Assembly (NCBI GenBank): GCA_965225945.1
Contig: CBDDBZ010000018.1
Coordinates: 1 to 64,000 of the forward strand
Direction: 5' to 3'
Length of the DNA stretch: 64,000 bases
From: Alphaproteobacteria bacterium
GTDB lineage: Bacteria > Pseudomonadota > Alphaproteobacteria > GCA-2731375
A program made the translations under genes and the position numbers. The stretch's first letter is position 1; each line of letters starts with the position of its first letter. The notes under the pieces were generated by a model, which was not told where the DNA came from, did no database searches, and was given only the letters and a program-made list of their open reading frames with translations. Below, one piece after another: positions 21,321 to 30,732 of the stretch.

Positions 21321-24300
21321 TTACTCCGCCGCGTCGCGCCGCGGGCTCGGGTCGCGCCAGGCGGCGAGCAATTCCGCCTCCCGCGCTTTCGCCGCCTGGA
21401 CCTTGCCCGCCTTGACGTGGCCGTAACCCCGGATCTGATCGGGCAGTTCCGCAAGCTCGACCGCCAGTGCATGGTTGTCGCCGTCGAGCCCGCGCGCGAG
21501 CTCCTCCAGCACCATTTCATACTCCACGATCAAGCGCCGCTCCATCCGCCGCTCCGCCGTATAGCCGAAAATGTCCAAGCGCGTGCCCCGGAGATGCTTC
21601 AAGCCGGCCAGCAGTCGGAACACCGGCATGATCCAGCCGCCCCACTCGCGCTTGCGCAAGACGCCGGTGAGGGGATCACGCCGCGAGATCAGCGGCGGCG
21701 CCAGATGGAAGGTGAGCTTGAACGCGCCCTCGAACTGACGCCGCAGCTTGGTCTCGAAGTCGCCGGAGGTAAACAGCCGGGCGACCTCGTACTCGTCCTT
21801 GTAGGCCATGAGCTTGAAGAGATTGCGCGCGACCGCTTCCGCCAAACCCGCGCGGCCCGGCGCCCGCTCCCGCTCGATCGCCGCCAAGACGCCGACGCGG
21901 GCACGATAGCGTTCGCCAAGGGCCTGGTCCTGATAGTCGGTCAAGAACACGACGCGACGCTCGACGATCTCCTCCAGCGTCTCGGCCCGGGGCGCCGGTG
22001 TCACCGTGGCCGTCCGCGCGACCTGCTGGACCGCGTCCAGGTCGTGCGCCGCGAGCCGGCCCAGCGCCAAGTTCCGCTTGTTGGCCGCGACCGCCACCGC
22101 GTTGAGCTCGATCGCCGTCTCCAAGGCCTCGATCGAGACCGGCAGCAAGCCGCGCTGCGCCGCGTAGCCCAGCATGAAGATGTTGGTGGCGATGGCGTCG
22201 CCCGCCAGCGCCGTCGCCATCTCGGTCGCCTCGACGAACTCGGTCCGGTTGTCGCCGGCGGCCTCGCGAATGACCTCGCGCAGCCGCCGGGACTGGAAAT
22301 CGATCTCGGGATCGAGCGTGAATCCCGCGGTCGGCGTCAGATGCTCGTTGACGATCGCGTGGGTCGCGCCGGTCTGCACCTTGGCGATCGCTTCCTCGCT
22401 CGCCGCCACCACCATGTCGCAGCCGAGCAGCAGGTCCAGCCGCCCGTCGGCGACCCGAGGGGCGTGCAGATCCTCCGGCCTCCCGCCGACCCGGATGTGA
22501 GAGAGGACGGCGCCGTTCTTCTGCGCGAGGCCGGTGAAGTCCAGCACCGTGACGCCCTTGCCCTCGATATGCGCGGCCATGCCCACCAGCGCGCCGAGGG
22601 TGACGACGCCGGTGCCGCCGATCCCGGTCACCAGCATGTCGTGCGGTCGCTCGATCGCCGCGACCTCGGCCTCGGGCAGGCCCCGAATGGCCTCGTCCAG
22701 CGCTTCCAAACCCGTCGGCCGCGCCTTGCGGGGCGTGCCGCCATGGACCGTGACGAAGCTAGGGCAGAAGCCCTTCACGCAGGAGAAGTCCTTGTTGCAG
22801 GACGACTGGTTGATCCAGCGCTTGCGGCCCCATTCGGTCTCCAACGGTTCCACCGAGACGCAGTTGGAGACGACGGAGCAATCGCCGCAACCCTCGCAGA
22901 CCAGGTCGTTGATGAAGACCCGCCGGTCGGGATCGGGCAAGGTCCCGCGCTTGCGCCGTCGCCGCTTCTCCGCCGCGCAGGTCTGATCATAGATCAGCAC
23001 GCTGACTCCGGGGGTGTCGCGAAGCTCCCGCTGGACCTGGTCCATGTCGTCGCGATGGTGGATGGCGACGCCGGGCGCCCAATCGGTTCCTCTGGGATAT
23101 TTGTCCGGCTCGTCCGAGACCACGACGATCCGATCGACGCCTTCGTGATGGACCTGTTGGCTGATTCGCCAAGGCGAGAGCGGGCCGTCGAAGGGCTGGC
23201 CGCCGGTCATCGCGGCGGCGTCGTTGAACAGGATCTTGAAGGTGATGGTGGACTCCGCCGCCACCGCCGCGCGGACCGCCATGATGCCGGAGTGGTAATA
23301 GGTGCCGTCGCCCAGGTTGGCGAAGATGTGGTCCTCGTCGGTGAACGGTTCCTGCCCCAGCCATTGCACTCCCTCGCCGCCCATCTGGGAATAAAAGGTG
23401 GTGTCGCGGTCCATCCAGATCGCCATGAAATGGCAGCCGATACCGGCGATCGCGCGGCTGCCGTCGGGTACCTTGGTGGAGGTATTGTGCGGACAGCCGG
23501 AGCAGAAATAGGGCATCCGCTCGATCGGCGCCTTGGCCCCCCGCCGGCCCTCCTTGGCGTCGAGTTCGGCGATCCGCTCCGCCATTGCCGGCGTCGGCTC
23601 GATCCCGAGACCCCGAATTCGAGCCACGATGACACGGGCGACCAGCGCCGGCGACAGCTCGCCCTGCGCCGGCAACAGCCATTCGCCTTCCTCGTCGAAT
23701 TTGCCGACCACCCGGGGGCGGACGTCGGGCCGCCAGTTGTAGAGTTGCTCCTTCAACTGGTTCTCGATGACCGCCCGCTTCTCCTCGATGACGACGACTT
23801 CCGCCAGTCCCTCGGCGAAGGCGCGAATCCCGTCGCGCTCCAGCGGCCAGGGCATGCCGACCTTGTAGACCCGCAGGCCGAGTTCCGCCGCCGTCGCCTC
23901 GTCGAGGCCGAGATCGTCGAGCGCTTGGCGAACGTCGAGATAAGCCTTTCCCGAGCCGACGATGCCGAGCCGCGCCCTCGGGCTGTCGATCACCACCCGG
24001 TCGATTTTGTTCGCCCGCGCCAGCGCCAGCGCCGCATAGACCTTGTGGCGCTGTAGGCGGACCTCTTGCGACCAGCGGTCGTCCGGCCAGCGGATGTTGA
24101 GCCCGCCCTCCGGCATCTCGAAGTCGTCGGGGTGGTGGATCGCCATGGCTTCGGGATCGACGGTGACGGAGGCCGAACTCTCGACCAGTTCTGTCACCGC
24201 CTTCAAGCCGACCCAGCAACCGGAATAGCGCGACATCTCCCAGCCGAGGAGGCCGTAGTCGAGATAGTCCTGCACGCTGGCCGGCGACAGCACGGGCATC

Positions 24301-24800
24301 ATGTAGCTCGCCATCAGATGCTCGCTTTGATGCGGCACCGTCGAGGAGACGGCGTTGTGATCGTCGCCAATAAGCGCCAACACGCCGCCCAAGGGCGCGG
24401 TGCCGGAGACGTTGGCGTGGCGGAAGACGTCGCCGCAGCGATCGACCCCCGGCCCCTTGCCGTACCAGATGGCGAACACGCCGTCGTATTTGGCTTTGGG
24501 ACCGAAGCCGAGCTGCTGCGTGCCCCAGACCGCCGTCGCCGCCAGCTCCTCGTTGACGCCGGGATTGAAGGTGATGTGGTTGGCGTCGAGGAATTTGCTT
24601 GCCCGCCAGAGATTGAGGTCGTAGGCGGCAAGGGGCGAGCCGCGATAGCCGGAGATGTAGCCGGCGGTGTTCAGACCCCGGGCGAGGTCGCGTTGGCGCT
24701 GCATGATCGGCAGGCGGATCAGCGCCTGAATGCCGGTGAGATAGACCCGTCCTCGCTCCAACGCGTATTTATCGTCGAGCGTCACGGCGGCGAGCGTCAT
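21321..24800 (-). CDS. Indolepyruvate:ferredoxin oxidoreductase family protein (fused alpha-beta)
   Basis: SGYRGSPL, YFCSGCPHN, GDGTYYHSG, CEGCGDC...CVKGFCPSF, AYKDEYEVARL. Confidence 0.93.
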   Translation of the reverse strand: MTLAAVTLDDKYALERGRVYLTGIQALIRLPIMQRQRDLARGLNTAGYISGYRGSPLAAYDLNLWRASKFLDANHITFNPGVNEELAATAVWGTQQLGFGPKAKYDGVFAIWYGKGPGVDRCGDVFRHANVSGTAPLGGVLALIGDDHNAVSSTVPHQSEHLMASYMMPVLSPASVQDYLDYGLLGWEMSRYSGCWVGLKAVTELVESSASVTVDPEAMAIHHPDDFEMPEGGLNIRWPDDRWSQEVRLQRHKVYAALALARANKIDRVVIDSPRARLGIVGSGKAYLDVRQALDDLGLDEATAAELGLRVYKVGMPWPLERDGIRAFAEGLAEVVVIEEKRAVIENQLKEQLYNWRPDVRPRVVGKFDEEGEWLLPAQGELSPALVARVIVARIRGLGIEPTPAMAERIAELDAKEGRRGAKAPIERMPYFCSGCPHNTSTKVPDGSRAIAGIGCHFMAIWMDRDTTFYSQMGGEGVQWLGQEPFTDEDHIFANLGDGTYYHSGIMAVRAAVAAESTITFKILFNDAAAMTGGQPFDGPLSPWRISQQVHHEGVDRIVVVSDEPDKYPRGTDWAPGVAIHHRDDMDQVQRELRDTPGVSVLIYDQTCAAEKRRRRKRGTLPDPDRRVFINDLVCEGCGDCSVVSNCVSVEPLETEWGRKRWINQSSCNKDFSCVKGFCPSFVTVHGGTPRKARPTGLEALDEAIRGLPEAEVAAIERPHDMLVTGIGGTGVVTLGALVGMAAHIEGKGVTVLDFTGLAQKNGAVLSHIRVGGRPEDLHAPRVADGRLDLLLGCDMVVAASEEAIAKVQTGATHAIVNEHLTPTAGFTLDPEIDFQSRRLREVIREAAGDNRTEFVEATEMATALAGDAIATNIFMLGYAAQRGLLPVSIEALETAIELNAVAVAANKRNLALGRLAAHDLDAVQQVARTATVTPAPRAETLEEIVERRVVFLTDYQDQALGERYRARVGVLAAIERERAPGRAGLAEAVARNLFKLMAYKDEYEVARLFTSGDFETKLRRQFEGAFKLTFHLAPPLISRRDPLTGVLRKREWGGWIMPVFRLLAGLKHLRGTRLDIFGYTAERRMERRLIVEYEMVLEELARGLDGDNHALAVELAELPDQIRGYGHVKAGKVQAAKAREAELLAAWRDPSPRRDAAE

Positions 24801-24871
24801 GGGACACCTCCTATTAGGCGAGCGCTAGAGGCGACGGTGAAAAGGTGGGACATAGCGTGCGGAAGTGCAAG

Positions 24872-26350
24872 TCACGCCTCGCGCGTATGGCCGGAACCGA
24901 AGCCTCGGGACTCGATGCCGTACTCGCGGATCTTGCGGTACAGGGTGGAACGGCCGATCCCGAGACGGCGCGCGACTTCCGACATGTGGCCGCGATGGCG
25001 CTGAATCGCCAAACGGATCAGCTCCGCCTCGATGTCGTCGAGCGGGCGCAATTCGCCAGCCTCGTCCAGGACGCGGATCGCGAGGGAAGCGCCGGCGTCG
25101 GTCGCAGCCCGGTCGGGCGCCGCGATCTCGGCGGTCGCGAGCGGTTCATCGACCAGCGGTGGAATCGCGATCGGCGCCGCGTTCTGGGCCGCCGGCAGTT
25201 GCAGCAAATCCGCCAGCTCCACCCTGAGACCGTCCGCCAGCACCACCGCGCGGTAGATCATGTTCTCCAACTGGCGGACGTTGCCGGGCCAGTCATAGCT
25301 CACGAGTCGCGCCATCGCTTCCGGCGCGATGTCGTCGATATCCTTGCGCTCCGAGGCGGCGAAGGTCGAAACGAAGTGATCGACCAGGGCTGGAATATCT
25401 TCTCGACGCTCGCGCAACGGCGGCACGTCGATCGGGAAGACGTTGAGGCGGTAATAGAGGTCCTCTCGGAACGCACCCTCCCGCACCCGCTCGGCGAGAT
25501 CCCGATTGGTGGCCGAAATCAAGCGCACGTCGATCTTCACCGGCTGCTTGCCGCCCACCAGGTCGATCTCCGATTCCTGCAGGGCGCGAAGCAGTTTGAC
25601 CTGGATGTCGGGGCGCAACTCGCCGATCTCGTCCAGGAACAGGGTGCCGCCATCGGCTTCCTGGAACTTTCCGACATGGCGATTGCTCGCCCCGGTGAAG
25701 GATCCCTTCTCGTGGCCGAAGAGGATGCTTTCCACCAGGTTTTCAGGAATCGCCCCGCAGTTGACGGCGACGAAGGGTTTGCCCGCCCGCTCGCTCGAGC
25801 CCTGGATCGAGCGCGCCACTATCTCCTTGCCGACACCGCTCTCGCCCTCGATCAGCACCGCGATGTTGGAGGCGGCGGCGCGGCCGGCGAGGTCGCCGAC
25901 CCGGCGCATGGCCGGACTGTCGCCGACGAGATCGCGAAAGATCGTCTCGCCTTCGCCGCGCCGCGCAAGGCGCGAAACCTGCCCCGTGAGCGCGTTCAGG
26001 CGCGCCGCGTTGGCGACGGCGATGCCGACCCGCCCGGCGCTCGCCGGAAGCTCGACGACGTCGGCGGCGCCAGCCTCGGCGAGCGCGGCGATCGCCTGGT
26101 CGTCTCGATCGCTCGAGAGGGCGACGACGGGCAATTCCGGCCGCATGGCGCGGAGCGCCTCGATGCTGTCGATCTGGCCGGCCGAATCGCCGCCACAGGC
26201 CAGCAGCACGAGATCAGGCGTGGCACCCGCCTCGAGCAGCTCGCCCGCCGCCTCCAGGTCCGCGACCGCGCTCAAGGCACAGCCCTGACCGTGGAGCGCC
26301 GTCAGGATGTTGCTCGGAGCCTCGCCGATCAGCAGAATGTCGTGCGACAT
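24872..26350 (-). CDS. Sigma-54-dependent activator (TacA/NtrC-like) with atypical receiver domain
   Basis: GESGVGKE, GSFTGA, LFLDEIGE, WPGNVRQLEN and a C-terminal Fis HTH. Confidence 0.9.
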   Translation of the reverse strand: MSHDILLIGEAPSNILTALHGQGCALSAVADLEAAGELLEAGATPDLVLLACGGDSAGQIDSIEALRAMRPELPVVALSSDRDDQAIAALAEAGAADVVELPASAGRVGIAVANAARLNALTGQVSRLARRGEGETIFRDLVGDSPAMRRVGDLAGRAAASNIAVLIEGESGVGKEIVARSIQGSSERAGKPFVAVNCGAIPENLVESILFGHEKGSFTGASNRHVGKFQEADGGTLFLDEIGELRPDIQVKLLRALQESEIDLVGGKQPVKIDVRLISATNRDLAERVREGAFREDLYYRLNVFPIDVPPLRERREDIPALVDHFVSTFAASERKDIDDIAPEAMARLVSYDWPGNVRQLENMIYRAVVLADGLRVELADLLQLPAAQNAAPIAIPPLVDEPLATAEIAAPDRAATDAGASLAIRVLDEAGELRPLDDIEAELIRLAIQRHRGHMSEVARRLGIGRSTLYRKIREYGIESRGFGSGHTREA

Positions 26351-26470
26351 GATGGGACAATGTTATCACCCGTCCCAAATCGGCACAATCGCAACGGGAA
26401 CGAATCGCCACGCGATGCTGTCACAAGCGCCGCCCGCCGGCTAGAATTCAACCGTTTGGGGGCGGAAACC

Positions 26471-27025
26471 ATGGTCGACCTGGGAAGCACCGACATAGCG
26501 GACGTAAAACTGCTGCGCCCCGCACGGCATGGCGATTCGCGTGGCTGGCTCTCGGAGCTCTGGGCCCACGCGAGCTTCGCCGGGGCCGGGCTCGATCACA
26601 CTTTCCAACAGGACAACCTCGCCCACAGCGACAAGGCGGCGACTCTCAGGGGGCTTCACTTTCAGCGTTCGCCAATGGCGCAGGGCAAGCTCGTCGCCGT
26701 CTTGAGCGGGGCGATCCAGGACGTGGCCGTCGATCTGAGAGCCGACTCACCGACCCGGGGCCGGCATGTCTCCATCACTCTATCGGCCCGCGAAGGCGAT
26801 TCGATCTGGGTGCCGCCCGGCTTCGCCCACGGCTATTGCACCCTCGGCGACGACACCTTGGTGCTCTACAAGTTGACGGCGCCCTACGCGCCCGAACTCG
26901 AGGGCGGCATCGCCTTCGACGATCCCGACCTCGACATCGAATGGGCCTACGACAGCGCCGACCTGATCATGTCCGATCGCGATCGCCACTGGCCCCGGCT
27001 GCGCGACCTGGACGCCTCGCCATGA
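26471..27025 (+). CDS. rfbC: dTDP-4-dehydrorhamnose 3,5-epimerase
   Basis: DSRGW, LRGLHFQ, VAVDLR, WVPPGFAHGYC. Confidence 0.93.
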   Translation: MVDLGSTDIADVKLLRPARHGDSRGWLSELWAHASFAGAGLDHTFQQDNLAHSDKAATLRGLHFQRSPMAQGKLVAVLSGAIQDVAVDLRADSPTRGRHVSITLSAREGDSIWVPPGFAHGYCTLGDDTLVLYKLTAPYAPELEGGIAFDDPDLDIEWAYDSADLIMSDRDRHWPRLRDLDASP

Positions 27026-28086
27026 GGTGGCTGGTCACCGGCGGCGCCGGCTTCGTCGGCTCGGCCTTCGTTCGCGCGGCGCTTCGTGCCGAGGCCGAGG
27101 TGATCAGCCTCGACAAGCTGACTTACGCGGGCAGCCTCGACAATCTGGACGCGGTCATGGAAGCGCCGGGCCATGTCTTTCAACCGGGCGACATCGGTGA
27201 TGCGGATCTGCTGGAGAGGCTCTTCGGCGAACACGCGCCGGACGCGGTGGTGAACCTGGCAGCGGAAACCCATGTCGACAGATCGATCGATTCCGCCCGC
27301 CCATTCGTGGAAACCAACGTGCTCGGCCTCGGCGCGCTGCTGGACGCGACGACGCGCCATTGGCGAGGCCTCGGCAAAGCCGATCGGGCGGCGTTTCGCT
27401 TTCTTCAGGTCTCCACGGACGAGGTCTTCGGCGCCCTGGGCGAGGAAGGCGCCTTCGACGAAGAGAGCCCGTTCCGGCCGCGCTCGCCCTATGCCGCCAG
27501 CAAGGCCGCCGGCGACCATCTGGTCCAGGCCTTCCACCACACCCACGGTCTGCCCACGCTCGCGACCCACTCCGGCAACAACCTCGGGCCCCGGCAGTTT
27601 CCGGAGAAGTTGCTGCCGCTGATGATCCTGAACGCCCGCGAGGGCCGCCCGCTGCCGCTCTATGGCGACGGCCGACAGGTGCGGGACTGGATCCACGTCG
27701 AGGATCACGCCAGCGCCCTGATCCGGGTCCTGGCGCGGGGACGCGTCGGCGAGCGCTACCTGATCGGCGCGCGCCGGGAATGGCACAACGTCGATCTGAT
27801 CCGGCGCCTGACCGAGATCCTGGACGAGATGCTGCCGAACTCGACCCATCGCCCGCACGGCCGGCTGATCGAGTTCGTCGCCGACCGGCCCGGCCACGAT
27901 CGCCGCTATGCCGTCGATCCGTCCAAGCTGGAGCGCGAAACGGGTTGGCGGGCCCGCGTCGACATGGAGGACGGCCTGCGGCGGACGGTTACCTGGTACC
28001 TCGAGAACGAGGATTGGTGCCGGCGTGCCCGCGCCCGCTACGACGGCGCCCGCCTCGGCATGGCCTCGGCGGAGCTCGCGAGTTGA
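27022..28086 (+). CDS. rfbB: dTDP-glucose 4,6-dehydratase
   Basis: VTGGAGFVGS, DKLTYAG, AAETHVDRSI, STDEVFG, SPYAASKA, DRPGHDRRY. Confidence 0.95.
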   Translation: MRWLVTGGAGFVGSAFVRAALRAEAEVISLDKLTYAGSLDNLDAVMEAPGHVFQPGDIGDADLLERLFGEHAPDAVVNLAAETHVDRSIDSARPFVETNVLGLGALLDATTRHWRGLGKADRAAFRFLQVSTDEVFGALGEEGAFDEESPFRPRSPYAASKAAGDHLVQAFHHTHGLPTLATHSGNNLGPRQFPEKLLPLMILNAREGRPLPLYGDGRQVRDWIHVEDHASALIRVLARGRVGERYLIGARREWHNVDLIRRLTEILDEMLPNSTHRPHGRLIEFVADRPGHDRRYAVDPSKLERETGWRARVDMEDGLRRTVTWYLENEDWCRRARARYDGARLGMASAELAS

Positions 28087-28946
28087 GGCTGCTCGTCACC
28101 GGCGCCGGCGGTCAGGTCGGCGGCGCGCTCGCCGCCATGGCACCCTGCCTGGCGCTGACCAGGGCCGAGCTCGATGTCACCGATGCGGCCCGGGTCGACC
28201 GCGTGGTGGGGGGGGAGCGGCCCGAGGTGATCGTCAATTGCGCCGCCTATACCGACGTCGACCGCGCCGAGGACGAACCGGCGCTCGCCGAGGCAGTCAA
28301 TCGCGACGGCCCCGCCCATCTGGCGGCGGCGGCGGATCGCGTCGGCGCGGCGCTGGTCCAGCTTTCCACCGATTTCGTCTTCGATGGAGAGAAGGGCTCG
28401 GACTACCATGAGAGCGACGCGCCGAGACCGCTCAACACCTATGGACGAAGCAAGCTCGCGGGCGAACGCGCGGTGCGCGATGCCACGCGGCGCCATGTCG
28501 TACTGCGCACGGCGTGGGTGTTCGCGCCCAGGGGGAGGAATTTCGTCCTGACGATGCGCCGCCTGGCCGACCAAGGTCGACGGGAGATTTCGGTGGTCGC
28601 CGACCAGTTCGGCGGGCCGACGGCGGCCGACGATATCGCCCGGGCGGCGCTGGCCATCGCGGAGGTGGTTCGGGGCCAGGGCTTCGAAGACTGGGGCGTC
28701 TATCACTTCAGCGGCCGCCCGGCGGTGAGTTGGCATGGCTTCGCCCGCGCGATACTGGCCGATCGGCCGGAGGTTCGGGTGTCGGCGATTGGTAGCGAGG
28801 CGTGGCCGACGCGGGCGCGACGGCCCGGCCGCGTGGTGCTGGGGGGCGATCGCATCGTCGCCGTCTTCGGGCTTCGAGCGCCCGATTGGCGTCCCGCCCT
28901 CGACGCGACGCTCGCCCGGATCGAGGCGGAGGGGCATTCACCCTGA
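28083..28946 (+). CDS. rfbD: dTDP-4-dehydrorhamnose reductase
   Basis: TTG start overlapping the rfbB stop. VTGAGGQVG, NCAAYTDVDRAE, STDFVFDG, YGRSKLAGE. Confidence 0.92.
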   Translation: MRLLVTGAGGQVGGALAAMAPCLALTRAELDVTDAARVDRVVGGERPEVIVNCAAYTDVDRAEDEPALAEAVNRDGPAHLAAAADRVGAALVQLSTDFVFDGEKGSDYHESDAPRPLNTYGRSKLAGERAVRDATRRHVVLRTAWVFAPRGRNFVLTMRRLADQGRREISVVADQFGGPTAADDIARAALAIAEVVRGQGFEDWGVYHFSGRPAVSWHGFARAILADRPEVRVSAIGSEAWPTRARRPGRVVLGGDRIVAVFGLRAPDWRPALDATLARIEAEGHSP

Positions 28947-28968
28947 CCGCCCGCCGGGTCGGTTGCCA

Positions 28969-29844
28969 TCAGCCCCGCGCTTCCTTCGCGGCCGCCTCGC
29001 GGACGAGGAAATCCACGATCATCGGGATGGTGCGGCGATTGCCGTAGACGTCGTGCCCGGAGCCACCCCGCAAGACGACCGAGCGCGAGCGGGGCCGATT
29101 GCCGATGAAGGCGCCGCAGTCCCCCGCCTGGCCGGGCGTGCGCTGGGCGGTGTACCAGGGATCGTCGCCCCGCACGATCGCCAAGACCGGTTCGTTCGGC
29201 TGCGCCATCAGGCCGCTGACGAGGGGCGAGCCATGACAGGTCCACTGAGTCACGACGCGGGCACGGAAGGCGTAGCCCCGGTAGATCGCCGTCGCCACGC
29301 CGCCTTCCGAGGTGCCGTAAAGGAAGAGGCGACGGCGATCGACCCAGGGCAGCGTTTTGATCCGATGCAGCGCATAGGAGATCTCGGTCTGGCGGAAGTC
29401 GTAGACGAATACGTTCCGCCCCCCGCTCTGTCGCCAGACGCTGCATTGCAACGGCCGATAGCGGCGCGCGAAACTGTCCGGCGCGATCACGGCGAAGCCG
29501 CGCGCCGCCAACGCGCGCAGCACCTTCACCGAGCCGATGCCGTTGCAGCCGTGCATGTAGACGACGGTCGGGTAGCTGAGCTTCGGGCCCAGGGCCAGGC
29601 GGTCGCGGAGTTCCGGCGCGTTCATGCGCGTGGCTATCGGCGCGCCACCGGCGAGGCCCGGCAGCAGGACGACGGCGTTGTCGAAGGTGCGCGCGATGTC
29701 GCTCTCGGCCTCGAGCGGGTCACCGACGATCGACAACTCGTTCTCGTCGACCAGGTTCGGCACGCAGCCGGCGAGAATCTGCACGGCAGCGAGCGCCGCC
29801 GGGATGGCGAGCCGCCACCGAGCCTCGGGCCCGGCGCCGGTCAT
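28969..29844 (-). CDS. Alpha/beta-hydrolase (dienelactone hydrolase-like) lipoprotein
   Basis: LAGC lipobox, MHGCNG, APDSFAR and GTSEGG nucleophile elbow. Confidence 0.75.
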   Translation of the reverse strand: MTGAGPEARWRLAIPAALAAVQILAGCVPNLVDENELSIVGDPLEAESDIARTFDNAVVLLPGLAGGAPIATRMNAPELRDRLALGPKLSYPTVVYMHGCNGIGSVKVLRALAARGFAVIAPDSFARRYRPLQCSVWRQSGGRNVFVYDFRQTEISYALHRIKTLPWVDRRRLFLYGTSEGGVATAIYRGYAFRARVVTQWTCHGSPLVSGLMAQPNEPVLAIVRGDDPWYTAQRTPGQAGDCGAFIGNRPRSRSVVLRGGSGHDVYGNRRTIPMIVDFLVREAAAKEARG

Positions 29845-30728
29845 GGCGCGGCCTCCCCCGCGCTCGTCGTCGCCAGCGCCGTCGCGACGCACCACCACCC
29901 AGGACGCTCGGCGGCCAGCCGGTCTCGCGCCGCCCGGGCGCTGCCTGAGGTTTCGAAGAGCGCGAAACAGGTGGCGCCGCTGCCGCTCATCCGCGCCAGC
30001 AGAACGTCCGGCGCCGTGCGCAGTCGCGACAATACCTCGTCCACGACCGGCGCCAAGCGGATCGCCGGCACCTCCAGATCGTTGCCGAGCGGACGCAGCC
30101 ATTCCGCCAGGTCCCGCGCGGTGGCGAACCCGGGCGACTCGGGCGCCGGTCTCGACCATGCGCCGTCGGCTGCGCGGAACACCTCGGCCGTGGCCAGTCC
30201 GACGCCGGGATTGACCACCAGCACGGCGACCGGCGGAAGCCCGCGCAAGCGCGCCAACCGCTCGCCGACGCCGCCGATGCGCACCGCCTCGGGCTGGGCC
30301 AGGCAGGCCGGCACGTCCGCGCCCAAGGCGATGGCGAGGCGGGCCAGCGCCGCCTCGCCGAGGTTCAAGTTCCAAAGCGTATCGAGCGCCCGAAGCGTCG
30401 CCGCCGCATCCGACGAACCGCCGCCGAGGCCCGCGCTCGGCGGCAGGTTCTTCTCCACTTTCAGCGCCGCCCGACGTGCACCGTCGAGCGCGCCGGCGGC
30501 GCGCAGCATCAGGTCGTCCTCGTCCCGCGCGAGGCTGGCGGCGAGCCGCCGGGCGAAAGGTCCGGAGCGCGACAGCGTAAGCGTCGGCGACGAATGCGCC
30601 TCGACCCGATCGGCGAGGTCGGTAAAGACGATCAGGCTGTCCAATTCGTGATAGCCGTCCGGCCTTCGGCCGAGCACATGGAGAAACAAGTTCAGCTTGG
30701 CCCGCGCGAGCCGTCTGGCGACCGTCAC
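29841..30728 (-). CDS. ispE: 4-(cytidine 5'-diphospho)-2-C-methyl-D-erythritol kinase
   Basis: AKLNLFLHV..RPDGYHELDSL, AGLGGGSSDAA, MSGSGATCF. Confidence 0.95.
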   Translation of the reverse strand: MTVARRLARAKLNLFLHVLGRRPDGYHELDSLIVFTDLADRVEAHSSPTLTLSRSGPFARRLAASLARDEDDLMLRAAGALDGARRAALKVEKNLPPSAGLGGGSSDAAATLRALDTLWNLNLGEAALARLAIALGADVPACLAQPEAVRIGGVGERLARLRGLPPVAVLVVNPGVGLATAEVFRAADGAWSRPAPESPGFATARDLAEWLRPLGNDLEVPAIRLAPVVDEVLSRLRTAPDVLLARMSGSGATCFALFETSGSARAARDRLAAERPGWWCVATALATTSAGEAAP

Positions 30729-30732
30729 GACG

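Noticed and set aside
21222-24056. Very long antisense ORFs (944 aa here; also 39278-41830, 53955-56183, 28735-30651, 524-2914)
   Set aside because: Shadow or off-frame ORFs over well-supported genes, expected in high-GC DNA, with no recognisable motifs.
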